Shown: piece by piece, positions 42,304 through 51,615 of the stretch | Position numbering within the stretch: the first letter of the stretch is position 1 | How the letters are laid out: each line of letters begins with the position of its first letter | Notes under the pieces: model-generated | Told to the model about the DNA's origin: nothing | What the model saw: only the letters and a program-made list of their open reading frames with translations | The model's database searches: none | Made by a program: the position numbers and the translations under genes | NCBI GenBank assembly: GCA_965279525.1 | Contig: CBDIIB010000003.1 | Coordinates: 320,001 to 384,000 of the forward strand | Length of the DNA: 64,000 nucleotides | Direction: 5' to 3' | DNA from: Tagaea sp. | GTDB lineage: Bacteria > Pseudomonadota > Alphaproteobacteria > CACIAM-22H2

Positions 42304-42716
42304 CCGCGGCTGGCGCCAATCTCCGGCTGCGGGCGGAGGATGCGGACGATTTCCGCGTCATCGCCGCCTGCCTTCAGGATGCGTTGGTGCCGCTCGGCGA
42401 CATGATGTTCGACGGCGATCTCAACGAGTTCGTCCTCGTCGCAAACCGTTTCCGGTGGGAGTCGTCGCCCGGCGAGCGCGTCCACTGCGCGGTCCATTTC
42501 ACCGGCGTGGCGGCCGTACGCCGGCGCGGCATCGAGCTTCGCGAGCGGAGCCGGATCCTCGACCTTCTGACCATCGAGGCCGAACCCGGTGCGGTCGTTC
42601 TTCTTTTTGCAGGCGATGTCGCCGTCCGGCTCGAAGGGGAGCGGATCGGTTGCCGGCTGCGCGATCTGGGCGAGTCCTGGCCGGCGGCCGGCACGCCACG
42701 ACATCCGGACGCCTGA
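42300..42716 (+). CDS. DUF2948-family protein
   Basis: '[19 protein letters not shown]', 'NRFRWE'; usual murA neighbour. Confidence 0.88.
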   Translation: MTAAGANLRLRAEDADDFRVIAACLQDALVPLGDMMFDGDLNEFVLVANRFRWESSPGERVHCAVHFTGVAAVRRRGIELRERSRILDLLTIEAEPGAVVLLFAGDVAVRLEGERIGCRLRDLGESWPAAGTPRHPDA

Positions 42717-42815
42717 CTTTCCGGCCCCTCACGCGGGCCACATTTCTCTGCTATGAGAAGGATGGCGACCCCTCCCGGGGGGCGCGTCTTCGCGGCAAAT
42801 CTGAAAGACAAGCCT

Positions 42816-43478
42816 TTGACTGCAAACGATAAAATAATCTTGGCCCTGCCCAACGGCCGGATCCTCGACGAGGCGATGCCGCTGCTGCGCAAGGCCGGCA
42901 TCCGGCCCGAACCGGAGTTCGACAATCCCGGTACCCGCCTGCTGCGCTTCCGCACCGACGATCCCGGTCTCGACATCGTCCGGGGGCGCGCGTTCGACGT
43001 CGCCACGCTGGTGGCCTTCGGAGCGGCACATCTGGGCGTGGTCGGCAACGACGTGATCGTCGAGTTCGACTATCCGGAAATCTATGCCCCGCTCGATCTT
43101 GGCATCGGCAAGTGCCGCTTGTCCGTCGCCGAGCCCGCCGAGCTTGCCGGCAAGGACGACCCGCGCAAGTGGAGTCACGTGCGCGTGGCGACCAAGTATC
43201 CGAACGTCACCCGCAAGCACTTCGCCAAGCGCGGCGTGCAGGCCGAGTGCATCAAGATGAATGGTGCCATCGAGTTGGCGCCGTCGCTGGGCCTCGCCCG
43301 CCGCATCGTCGATCTCGTATCGAGTGGCGCCACGCTGAAGGCCAACGGCCTCGTCGAGGTCGAACACATCGCCGACGTGACCTCGAAGCTGATCGTCAAC
43401 CGCGCAGCGCTCAAGACACGTCACGGCGAGGTACAGGGAATCGTGGACCGCCTCGCGGAGGTCGCCCGTGCCGCTTGA
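42816..43478 (+). CDS. hisG: ATP phosphoribosyltransferase (short form)
   Basis: 'VATKYP', 'GAIELAP', '[16 protein letters not shown]'; start codon uncertain (TTG 42816). Confidence 0.93.
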   Translation: MTANDKIILALPNGRILDEAMPLLRKAGIRPEPEFDNPGTRLLRFRTDDPGLDIVRGRAFDVATLVAFGAAHLGVVGNDVIVEFDYPEIYAPLDLGIGKCRLSVAEPAELAGKDDPRKWSHVRVATKYPNVTRKHFAKRGVQAECIKMNGAIELAPSLGLARRIVDLVSSGATLKANGLVEVEHIADVTSKLIVNRAALKTRHGEVQGIVDRLAEVARAA

Positions 43479-44769
43479 ATTGGATGCACGCGCACCGGGC
43501 TTCGCGGCGAAGTTCGAGCGCCTGATGAAGGCGCGCGCCCGTGAAGCCGGGTCTGCGGACGCTGTCGCCGCCCGGATCGTCGCCGACGTGCGCAAGCGCG
43601 GCGACGCGGCACTCGTCGCCTATACCAACCGCTTCGACCGCGTGCGCCTGACCGCGACCAGGCTTCGCGTCACGCCGCGCGAGATCGCCGCCGCGCTGAA
43701 GGCATGCGACCGGGAGACGGTCCGGGCGCTCGAACTTGCGGCTTCGCGCATCGCCGCTTTCCATGCCCGCCAGTGGCCGAAGGACGAAGTGTGGAAGGAC
43801 AGTGCGGGCCTTCTGCTCGGCTGGCGCTGGACGGCGCTGGATTCCGTCGGCCTCTACGTGCCTGGCGGGCTTGCGGCCTACCCTTCGTCGGTGCTGATGA
43901 ACGCCGTGCCGGCCAAAGTCGCCGGCGTGAAGCGTCTTGTCGTCGTGGTGCCGGCACCCGATGGACGCCTCAACCCGCTGGTGCTTGCGGCCTGCAAGAT
44001 CGCGGGTGTCGACGAGATCTACCGCGTTGGCGGCGCGCAGGCGGTCGCCGCACTTGCCTACGGCACGAAGACGATCGCGGCGGTCGACAAGATCACGGGG
44101 CCCGGCAATGCCTACGTGACGGCGGCCAAGCGGCTGGTGTTCGGCACGGTCGGCATCGATCTGATCGCCGGCCCGTCCGAGGTCGTCATCGTCGCGGATG
44201 CCGCAAACGATCCGCGCTGGATCGCGGTCGATCTGCTGGCGCAGGCCGAACACGACGGCGACGCGCAATCGATCCTGATCACCGACGATGCGGCATTCGC
44301 CAAGGCTGTCCGCGCCGCGGTCGCCGTCGAGCTGCGTGCCCATCCGCGCCGGGCGATCGCCGGCGCTTCGTGGCGGGATCATGGGGCGACGATCGTCGTT
44401 CGCAAGCTCGACGACAGCGTGGCGCTCATCGATGCGCTGGCGCCCGAGCATCTCCAGTTGGCCGTGGCGCGGCCCGAACGGCTTGCCGCGCGCGTGCGGC
44501 ACGCCGGCGCGATCTTCCTCGGCCGCTACACGCCCGAAGCCCTCGGCGACTATCTTGCCGGCCCGAACCATGTGTTGCCGACATCCAGAGCGGCGCGTTT
44601 CTCGTCGGGGCTGGGGCTCGACGCGTTTCTCAAGCGGACGACGCTGATCGGTGCCGACGCGGCCGGCCTCGCCCGCCTGGCGCCGGCCGGCACCGCACTT
44701 GCCCGTGCCGAAGGACTCGTCAGCCATGCGCAATCGATGGCGCTCAGAACCGCGCGCCGGAAGGGGTAG
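43468..44769 (+). CDS. hisD: Histidinol dehydrogenase
   Basis: 'GLYVPGG', 'GPGNAYV', 'IAGPSE', 'QAEH', 'APEHL', 'GPNHVLPT'. Confidence 0.97.
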   Translation: MPLELDARAPGFAAKFERLMKARAREAGSADAVAARIVADVRKRGDAALVAYTNRFDRVRLTATRLRVTPREIAAALKACDRETVRALELAASRIAAFHARQWPKDEVWKDSAGLLLGWRWTALDSVGLYVPGGLAAYPSSVLMNAVPAKVAGVKRLVVVVPAPDGRLNPLVLAACKIAGVDEIYRVGGAQAVAALAYGTKTIAAVDKITGPGNAYVTAAKRLVFGTVGIDLIAGPSEVVIVADAANDPRWIAVDLLAQAEHDGDAQSILITDDAAFAKAVRAAVAVELRAHPRRAIAGASWRDHGATIVVRKLDDSVALIDALAPEHLQLAVARPERLAARVRHAGAIFLGRYTPEALGDYLAGPNHVLPTSRAARFSSGLGLDAFLKRTTLIGADAAGLARLAPAGTALARAEGLVSHAQSMALRTARRKG

Positions 44770-44772
44770 CCA

Positions 44773-45258
44773 ATGGACGGATCGTCCGAACGGCGCAACC
44801 GCATCTGCAAGATCGATCTGGACGAGCAGCTGCGCATCCGCCGGAACGCCGACATCGAGCACGAGCGGACGGTCGCCATCTTCGACCTGCTCGAGGAGAA
44901 CCTGTTCGAGCTTTCCGGCGACCTGCAGGGCCCGTACCACCTGACGCTCTCGATCGAGGATACGCGCCTCGCGTTCGACGTGCGCTCCGAAACGGGCGAT
45001 CCGCTCGACCGGACCGTGCTGCCGCTTTCGCCGTTCCGCGGCGTCATCAAGGACTATTTCACGGTCTGCGAGAGCTACTATGACGCGATCAAGCGGCTCT
45101 CGCCCTCGCAGATCGAAGCGCTCGACATGGGGCGGCGTGCCGTCCACAACGAAGGTTCCCAGCTTCTGCGCGAGCGGCTCGAAGGCAAGATCACGATGGA
45201 TCTCAACACCGCGCGGCGGCTGTTCACGCTGATCTGCGTCCTCCATATCCGGGCATAG
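44773..45258 (+). CDS. UPF0262-family protein
   Basis: 'EHERTVAIFDLLEEN', 'EALDMGRRAVHNEG', 'TARRLFTL'. Confidence 0.92.
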   Translation: MDGSSERRNRICKIDLDEQLRIRRNADIEHERTVAIFDLLEENLFELSGDLQGPYHLTLSIEDTRLAFDVRSETGDPLDRTVLPLSPFRGVIKDYFTVCESYYDAIKRLSPSQIEALDMGRRAVHNEGSQLLRERLEGKITMDLNTARRLFTLICVLHIRA

Positions 45259-45268
45259 CCGCACGGGG

Positions 45269-45730
45269 ATGACCGGCAAGGTCGGCAGCATCCTGTTCTG
45301 TTGCACGCTGAACGCGGTCCGTTCGCCGATGGCCGAGGGGCTGGCGAAGCGGCTGCTGGGCACGCGCGTCTATGTCGACTCGGCCGGGGTCAAGCGCGAC
45401 AGCGTCGACCCGTTCGTGATCGCGGCCCTCGACGAGATCGGGGTCGACATCCACCGCCACAAGGCCAAGACGATCGACGAGCTGCACGACAGCTCGTTCG
45501 ACGTGATCGTTTCCCTCAGCCCCGAGGCGCACCACAAGGCGCTGGAGCTGACGCGCATCATGGCCTGCGAGGTCGAATACTGGCCGACATTCGACCCCGC
45601 CTTGATACAGGAAGGCAGCCGGGAGGCGCGCATGGAGGGCTATCGCCAGCTGCGCGACCAGCTCAAAGCCCGCATTTTGAAGCGCTTCCCGGACGTCGCG
45701 GAGGACTTCCCGGTCTCCGAAGGCGCTTAA
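45269..45730 (+). CDS. Low-molecular-weight phosphatase/ArsC-family protein
   Basis: 'LFCCTLNAVRSPMAE' P-loop. Confidence 0.88.
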   Translation: MTGKVGSILFCCTLNAVRSPMAEGLAKRLLGTRVYVDSAGVKRDSVDPFVIAALDEIGVDIHRHKAKTIDELHDSSFDVIVSLSPEAHHKALELTRIMACEVEYWPTFDPALIQEGSREARMEGYRQLRDQLKARILKRFPDVAEDFPVSEGA

Positions 45731-45831
45731 GTGCTTGACCCGGAGGCCGTTCGGGGCCAATTTCCCGCCACTTTTCCAGCTTTCCGGGCCGCTTGGCGTG
45801 CCCGTCGGGCGGCGATCCCCAACGGAGGCCC

Positions 45832-46050
45832 ATGGCGAAAGAAGGTCTGATCGAGTTCTCGGGCGTAGTGCAGGAACTGCTGCCCAACGCGATGTTCCGC
45901 GTGAAGCTCGACAACAATCACGAAGTGCTTGCGCACACGTCCGGCAAGATGCGCAAGAACCGTATCCGCGTTCTGGCCGGCGACCGCGTCAATGTCGAGA
46001 TGACGCCGTACGATCTGACCAAGGGTCGGATCACCTTCCGCTTCAAATAG
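45832..46050 (+). CDS. infA: Translation initiation factor IF-1
   Basis: [24 protein letters not shown]...GRITFRFK; GGAGG RBS. Confidence 0.98.
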   Translation: MAKEGLIEFSGVVQELLPNAMFRVKLDNNHEVLAHTSGKMRKNRIRVLAGDRVNVEMTPYDLTKGRITFRFK

Positions 46051-46057
46051 GTCCGGC

Positions 46058-46630
46058 ATGTCGCCGCCGCTCGTCCTGGCATCGGCGAGTCCGCGTCGGC
46101 GCGAGCTGCTGGCCCAGATCGGCGTGGTTCCGGCGGCAATCGTGCCGGCGGAACTCGACGAGACGCCTGAACGCGGCGAAACCGGACCCGAGCTTGCCCG
46201 GCGCCTGGCACTTGCCAAAGCGCAGGCGGTTGCCGCCACGCATGCGACATCGCGCGTTCTGGCAGCCGATACGGTCGTCGCGTGCGGGCGGCGCATCCTT
46301 CCCAAGGCGGAGACGCGCGACGAGGCCAAGGCCTGCCTCGATCTGCTCGGCGGACGGCGTCATCGCGTGCTCGGCGGGATCTGTCTGATCGTGCCGGGCC
46401 GGCGGCCCGTCTTGCGTCTGTCGGCCTCCGTCGTCGCGTTCAAGCGGCTGACGGCCTCGGAAATCGAGGCCTATCTCGCGAGCGGCGAATGGCAGGGCAA
46501 GGCCGGCGGCTATGCGATCCAGGGGCGCGCGGCGGCTTTCATCCGCTTCATCTCGGGAAGCTATTCGAACATCGTCGGTCTCGACCTCTTCGCCGTGGCG
46601 CAGATGCTGGGCGGCACGGAGCGCACATGA
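46058..46630 (+). CDS. maf: Maf-family nucleotide pyrophosphatase
   Basis: 'LASASPRRRELL', 'ADTVV', 'GKAGGYAIQG'. Confidence 0.95.
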   Translation: MSPPLVLASASPRRRELLAQIGVVPAAIVPAELDETPERGETGPELARRLALAKAQAVAATHATSRVLAADTVVACGRRILPKAETRDEAKACLDLLGGRRHRVLGGICLIVPGRRPVLRLSASVVAFKRLTASEIEAYLASGEWQGKAGGYAIQGRAAAFIRFISGSYSNIVGLDLFAVAQMLGGTERT

Positions 46631-47736
46631 AGGCAGCCATCGACGAAATCCTGATCGAGAGCGATACGTCCGAATATCGGGCGGTCGCGGTGGCTGACGG
46701 CAAGCTCGTCGACCTGGCGCGTGAGCCGGTCGACCGGCGCCTGGTTCCCGGCACCATCCATCTCGCGCGCGTCGGGCGGGTCGTGCCGCAGGTCGGCGCT
46801 TTCCTCGACCTCGCCGACGGCCTCAAGGCGCTTCTCGACGTCTCCGGTGCCCGCGTGCCGGCCCAGGGCGACCTGCTGCGCGTGCAGATCGTCGAGGCGC
46901 CGTCCGGCGACAAGCTCGCCCGGGCCGGGACCCGCATCACGCTTGCCGGCCGTCATGCCGTGCTCGTGCCCGGCGGAAAGGGCGCAAGCGTTTCCAAGCG
47001 GGCCGCCGCCCCCAAGCGGGAGGCCCTGCAGGCGCTCGCCGGTACCCTCCACCGCGAAGGGGAGGGGTTGGTCCTGCGTGCCGGCGCCGGATACGCCGAT
47101 GCCGGCGCCGTCGCGGACGAACTCGAGCGGCTGCGCGCACAGGCCGGCGAACTTGCCACCGGTGGCGACGTGCCGCGCATGCTGCTGGCAGACGATCCTT
47201 TCGCCACGCTGCTACGCACGCTCGCTCCGCAGGACGTGCCGGACTTCTTCTGCGACCGTGCCGAAACAGCGCTGGCCGCCCGCCTCGGGCTGAAGACCCT
47301 TTTTCCGGAAGTTTCCGGGCGTGTCGCCCATCTGCGCGACGGCGGGGCGATCTTCGAGCGGCACGGTGTGGCCGACATCCTCGTCACGCTCGGTTCGACG
47401 CGCGTCAATCTCGACAATGGCGCCTGGCTGTCGATCGAGTCGACCGCCGCACTCGTCGCGATCGACGTCAATCTCGGACGCGCGACGGCCGAGCCCGTCA
47501 GCGTGGACATGGCGGCGGCGCGCGAAATCGCACGCCAGATCCGGCTGCGCGATCTTGGCGGGCTCGTCGTCATCGATTTCCTGCGCCTGTCGAAGCCCGG
47601 CGAGCGCGCCCGCCTGATCGAGACCCTGAAACGTGCGACCGTGTCGGACCGCAAGCGGATCGACGTGCTCGGGTACACGGCCGGCGGCACCATCGAACTC
47701 ACCCGCGCGCGCGCGCGCGGCGGCTCGCTGGATTGA
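46627..47736 (+). CDS. Ribonuclease E/G-family protein
   Basis: S1-like N-terminus; 'ALVAIDVN', 'RQIRLRDLGGLVVIDF'. Confidence 0.88.
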   Translation: MKAAIDEILIESDTSEYRAVAVADGKLVDLAREPVDRRLVPGTIHLARVGRVVPQVGAFLDLADGLKALLDVSGARVPAQGDLLRVQIVEAPSGDKLARAGTRITLAGRHAVLVPGGKGASVSKRAAAPKREALQALAGTLHREGEGLVLRAGAGYADAGAVADELERLRAQAGELATGGDVPRMLLADDPFATLLRTLAPQDVPDFFCDRAETALAARLGLKTLFPEVSGRVAHLRDGGAIFERHGVADILVTLGSTRVNLDNGAWLSIESTAALVAIDVNLGRATAEPVSVDMAAAREIARQIRLRDLGGLVVIDFLRLSKPGERARLIETLKRATVSDRKRIDVLGYTAGGTIELTRARARGGSLD

Positions 47737-47747
47737 GCGGGGGCACG

Positions 47748-47939
47748 ATGTCGCAGGTCGTCCCCCTCAAACGCAAGCCGCCAAAGGCACATTGCCCGAT
47801 GTGCCGGCGCGCCATCGTGCAGGAATTCCGCCCCTTCTGTTCGCGCCGATGCAAGGACGACGACATGCGGCGCTGGATCGAGGGCAGCTACCGCATTCCG
47901 ACACCGGAAACTCCCGGGGAGGGCGAGGACGGGGCGTGA
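47748..47939 (+). CDS. yacG: DNA gyrase inhibitor YacG
   Basis: 'CPMC...RPFCSRRCK..D...W..GSYRIP'. Confidence 0.92.
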   Translation: MSQVVPLKRKPPKAHCPMCRRAIVQEFRPFCSRRCKDDDMRRWIEGSYRIPTPETPGEGEDGA

Positions 47940-48349
47940 AGCCGATCCCCGAGATCGTGCATCACTGTCTGGACCTGCTGCGCAGTGTCGGTCCGGTCGC
48001 GCCGCGCCGGATGTTCAGCAGCTGGGGGATCTTCGTCCAGGGCCGGATGTTCGCGATCGTGTTCGACGAGACGCTCTATCTTAAGGTGGACGCGCACAAC
48101 CGCGCCGCGTTCGAGGCCGAGGGACTTGCGCCGTTCACCTACGAGGGAAGGAAAGGCCGGATGGTCGAGCTTCCCTATCGGCAGGCGCCGCCCGACGCGA
48201 TGGAAGACCCCGCCGCGATGCGTCCATGGGCGCAAGGGGCGGTCGACGCCGCCCTTCGCGCCGCGGCGCCGAGCGCCGTGCGATCCGGGCGCAAGACACT
48301 GGAAACAAACACCAAGAAGCGTCCAAGCCGTGCAGTGCCGAAGCGTTGA
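47936..48349 (+). CDS. TfoX/Sxy N-terminal-domain protein
   Basis: 'RRMFSSWGIF', 'MFAIV', 'LYLKVD', 'PFTY'. Confidence 0.88.
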   Translation: MKPIPEIVHHCLDLLRSVGPVAPRRMFSSWGIFVQGRMFAIVFDETLYLKVDAHNRAAFEAEGLAPFTYEGRKGRMVELPYRQAPPDAMEDPAAMRPWAQGAVDAALRAAAPSAVRSGRKTLETNTKKRPSRAVPKR

Positions 48350-48374
48350 CACATGCTTTGAGCCTCTCTATAAG
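48346..48374 (+). promoter_or_regulatory. sigma70 promoter of tRNA-Phe
   Basis: TTGACA-N17-TATAAG, 24 bp upstream of the tRNA. Confidence 0.8.
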
Positions 48375-48398
48375 CGCGGGTCTATCGCATTACCCGGT

Positions 48399-48474
48399 GC
48401 CCAGGTAGCTCAGTTGGTAGAGCATGCGATTGAAAATTGCAGTGTCGTTGGTTCGATTCCGACCCTGGGCACCA
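48399..48474 (+). tRNA. tRNA-Phe(GAA), integration site of the island
   Basis: GCCCAGGTAGCTCAGTTGGTAGAGCATGCGATT-GAA-AATTGCAGTGTCGTTGGTTCGATTCCGACCCTGGGCACCA cloverleaf. Confidence 0.96.
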
Positions 48475-49618
48475 TCTTCTTTTCAGTCTCATTGAAATCA
48501 ATGACTTGTGGGGTGGATTTGTCCCACTTTCCGTTCGCGATCTTTCGGTGGGACATTTTTTTGGTTCCAGCGGCAAGCTTTTTCATTCCGGATTTCGCCA
48601 TGGCTCGCTGATCAGCGGCCTTTGTGTAGCGATCGACTTCCTTGAGTGTTGTGTGGCCGGTAATTGCCTTGATCTCGTGCCCGGTTGCACCGAGTTCGGC
48701 GAGCCGCGCGCTCGCCGCTTTTCGAAGGCCGTGCGGACTAATGCCACCAAGCCCTGCTGCTTGAACCCATCTGCGGAAGGCGTTGCCGAAGCCATCACCG
48801 GTAAACGCACCACCGCGCGCACTTTGAAGAAAGGTCTCGCCGCCAGAGGTCGGCGTCCTTTTGATGATATGAGCCAATTCCGGAATAACAGGCAGGGTAA
48901 GTGTTACGGGCTTCTTCTTAGCGTTTTTGACCTGTGTGAAGGTAAGGCACCCATCCGCCATTTGCTGATGGCCGAGCCGGATGACATCCGACCGCCGCTG
49001 GCCCGTGTAGAGCAGAAGCGCGAGGGCCAAGCGCTGCTTTGTGCCGACAGGCCACTGTGTCTCGAACTTTCTTACTTCCTCGATCGTCCATTGCCGGAAG
49101 CCGTCAGGACTTGATGGTGGGAAGTAAGGCACCCTGCAGATGGGGTCGTCTTTGACCAGTTCGAGCGGCTTGCCGACCTTCCATACCTGGCGCAGATATT
49201 TGAGCAGGCTATTCGCTGCTGCAGGCGTATCGGCAAGGCTATCGCGGATCTGGATAACGTGCCGTTCACGCAGCATTTCAACGCGTTTGTCGCCATGTTC
49301 TTCACGGAATCGATCCAGAACTCGACGCCGTACGTTGCGGGTGCGTTCGTCGAGATGTTTGTAAGCGGCGCTGGAATAATACGCTGAGATGAGCTCGCTC
49401 ACCGACCCAGGCTTAGAGTTTTTCTGTAAAGAACTGGGCCGGGAGTCGGCGATGCGGCCTTCGATCGCTCTGCCAAAAGCCAGGTCGAAGCCCGGTGCGT
49501 CAGGTCCGAAGGGTAGTCGGATCTTGCGAGCACCCTTTCTGCGAACATACCAGCGAATGTTTCCATGTCGGTCTATATCGCGAACGAGATAGCGGTAACG
49601 GCGAACAATGCTGATCAT
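48410..49618 (-). CDS. Tyrosine recombinase/integrase
   Basis: Catalytic set R (YTGQRRSD), HxxR (HGLRK), H (TGH), Y (RYT); N-terminal arm-binding 'DRHGNIRWYVR'. Confidence 0.95.
   Translation of the reverse strand: MISIVRRYRYLVRDIDRHGNIRWYVRRKGARKIRLPFGPDAPGFDLAFGRAIEGRIADSRPSSLQKNSKPGSVSELISAYYSSAAYKHLDERTRNVRRRVLDRFREEHGDKRVEMLRERHVIQIRDSLADTPAAANSLLKYLRQVWKVGKPLELVKDDPICRVPYFPPSSPDGFRQWTIEEVRKFETQWPVGTKQRLALALLLYTGQRRSDVIRLGHQQMADGCLTFTQVKNAKKKPVTLTLPVIPELAHIIKRTPTSGGETFLQSARGGAFTGDGFGNAFRRWVQAAGLGGISPHGLRKAASARLAELGATGHEIKAITGHTTLKEVDRYTKAADQRAMAKSGMKKLAAGTKKMSHRKIANGKWDKSTPQVIDFNETEKKMVPRVGIEPTTLQFSIACSTN
48496..48555. promoter_or_regulatory. att-arm region: IHF site plus inverted arm-type repeats
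   Basis: AATCAATGACTTG (48496-48508) matches IHF consensus WATCAANNNNTTR; TGTCCCAC(48520-48527)/GTGGGACA(48548-48555). Confidence 0.65.
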
Positions 49619-49866
49619 CGCGGACCACCGAAGTCATCCCATTCGTTGCCGTCGCTGCTTGTCGCCTTTGCACGCTGTTCATCGAGCCACGCGTCGAGAT
49701 CTTCCCTGTACCAAACCTTCAGATTTCCGACGGTGGGAATGGGCTTGGGAAGCTCGCCCGCACTGACTTTAGCGTCGAAGATGCTGCGGCTCATTCCGAC
49801 ATAGAACGCGGCGAATTCCGCTCGCATCCCTCTCGGCCACCCCGGCATTGTCGATGCATCGCGCAT
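49615..49866 (-). CDS. AlpA/excisionase-like HTH protein
   Basis: 'PRGMRAEFAAFYVGMSRSIFD..V..GELPKP.......WYREDLDAW'; stop overlaps the integrase ATG (ATGA). Confidence 0.85.
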   Translation of the reverse strand: MRDASTMPGWPRGMRAEFAAFYVGMSRSIFDAKVSAGELPKPIPTVGNLKVWYREDLDAWLDEQRAKATSSDGNEWDDFGGPR

Positions 49867-50347
49867 CAGGCATCGCTCGCGTTCGAAAATCGGGACCAAT
49901 ATCCGGGGAGCGCAGCTGACATCAAGGTCGCCAGCCCGCCGCTCAGCGACGTGGAACGGTCGGAACTAAGTATCGTCTGCGGAAAGGAGGAAAATTGCAT
50001 GCCGTTGGCTCCTCCCTTCAACATGTGAAATCGATCTTGGAAAGGCAAGGAAACCGCCGGCGATCCTTCCCAACCCTTGTCGGATCGCTCGGATAGCGGA
50101 CGGACTTCCCGTGCATAACGGTGTTTCTTGCACCATGTGATTTCCCGACGGTAGGGCAAGAAAGAAAAAATGCAGATTGCCGAAGGACGCGGAGGAGGCC
50201 GCGGAACTGCGGATAGCTACGACGGTATGTGAAAATTCAAAAGCACATCGCAGGTTCGACTCATTAACTTGTGAAATCGAGTTCGAAGAAGCAAGGAACC
50301 TACGGGGCGGTCGGACTTGGGCGGGCTTCAGGAGGTTGATTGTTCGT

Positions 50348-50596
50348 CTATTTCTTTTCGACGACATTTCTCAGGCGAACGCCGGGACCAGCTTCGATAG
50401 TAGGCGGGATAAATTCAACACCAAGCGCTTCGAACAATTTCTGAAGCTTCTCGACCGTCGAAAGTCGTGGGTCCGCTTGACCGTTCTCGATCGCCGATAG
50501 GGCTCCTTTGGATATTCCGGTCCGCGCATGGATGTCGGCGAGAGTGAGGCCAACCATTGCGCGAGCGGCGCGTATTTGAGGAAGAGAGATCGTCAT
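50348..50596 (-). CDS. XRE-family HTH transcriptional regulator
   Basis: 'QIRAARAMVGLT...GIS...LSAIENG...GVEFI...GPGVRL'. Confidence 0.9.
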   Translation of the reverse strand: MTISLPQIRAARAMVGLTLADIHARTGISKGALSAIENGQADPRLSTVEKLQKLFEALGVEFIPPTIEAGPGVRLRNVVEKK

Positions 50597-50636
50597 TAGC
50601 GTCAGATACATTTTTTTCCGATAACAGACAAATTTT

Positions 50637-50660
50637 TCTTGTTTTTAGTTTTAAACAAGA
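50637..50660. promoter_or_regulatory. Candidate operator in the divergent promoter region
   Basis: TCTTGTTT-N8-AAACAAGA palindrome in the AT-rich gap between the XRE gene and the DCL gene. Confidence 0.55.
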
Positions 50661-50696
50661 TTATTATACTTGTATAGCGAACAAAGGAGCATAGAA

Positions 50697-51440
50697 ATGA
50701 ACAGTCAACCGATTACCGTCGCCGGCCATACATTTTCAGGAAAGGGGGATTTGCGGAAGACCCTCACGGCAACCTTGAAGGAACAGAGGCCTGGCGTCCC
50801 GCTGTCTCCGCCGGCTGCGGCTCTCTTCCTGGCGGTCCTCCCGTCGCATCCGGCGGCCGCTGAAAAGATCGGCCCCGGTATTCGCTCCCTTCGGGTCGAA
50901 CTGCACCCTGTATATCGAACGCCGGTCCTCCTGATCGAGCGCAATGACGGCTCCGAAACCGACGTCTCCTACATTGCTGCTATCGCCCGCATTGGGCGTC
51001 CAGCGAACGACGACGAGCCCGAGACCCCGGAGACGGGTTCCGCCGACTTCGTCCGTGCCGCGCGTGAGGCGGTCCGGCCACAGATCGAGGCGTTCCGCAG
51101 GGAAGCACAGGCCCGTGCCGCCGATCCGCAGGGGAGGGTGCACTGCGGAATCACCGGTGATCTGCTGCCGCTGTGCGCATGTGATGTCGACCACGAGTTG
51201 CCATGGGATTTCTCCTCCATCCTGGAAGCCTTCGTGCACGAGCGGCAGCTCGTGACCTCGGACGTCGAGATCCACGGCTTCGAGGACGGGGCGGCCGGAC
51301 GACGCTTTGCGGATCCGGCGATGGTCGCGGATTTCGCGGACTACCATTTCGCGCGGGCAACCTTGCGGATCGTCGAGCGAAAGCTCCACCGCCGAATAAC
51401 CGCCGAGGCCCGCCGCGGTTTGGCGCCGAAGCGCGCCTGA
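50697..51440 (+). CDS. DCL (DUF3223)-family protein with a C-terminal His-Me-finger-like region
   Basis: 'HP...EKIG.GI....V..HP.......IERNDGSETDVSY' DCL pattern; 'CGITG....CDVDH...DYH...LR'; AAGGAG RBS. Confidence 0.7.
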   Translation: MNSQPITVAGHTFSGKGDLRKTLTATLKEQRPGVPLSPPAAALFLAVLPSHPAAAEKIGPGIRSLRVELHPVYRTPVLLIERNDGSETDVSYIAAIARIGRPANDDEPETPETGSADFVRAAREAVRPQIEAFRREAQARAADPQGRVHCGITGDLLPLCACDVDHELPWDFSSILEAFVHERQLVTSDVEIHGFEDGAAGRRFADPAMVADFADYHFARATLRIVERKLHRRITAEARRGLAPKRA

Positions 51441-51615
51441 CATGCCGAGCCTCCGAACACGGCACCTGACCCGGCGGGATGTCAGGCACTCGTGCAATTC
51501 GGTAGGTGGCCGATCGATTCTGCCGATTTCGGCTCCGGTCATCGGACTGCCACCACAAAGATTCTTTCTCAAATAGCGGCGGCGAGATCTGGCTCGCCGC
51601 AGAAGGCGGCGTGCT

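Noticed and set aside
48437-49114. 225-aa plus-strand ORF starting inside the tRNA
   Set aside because: Antisense shadow of the integrase.
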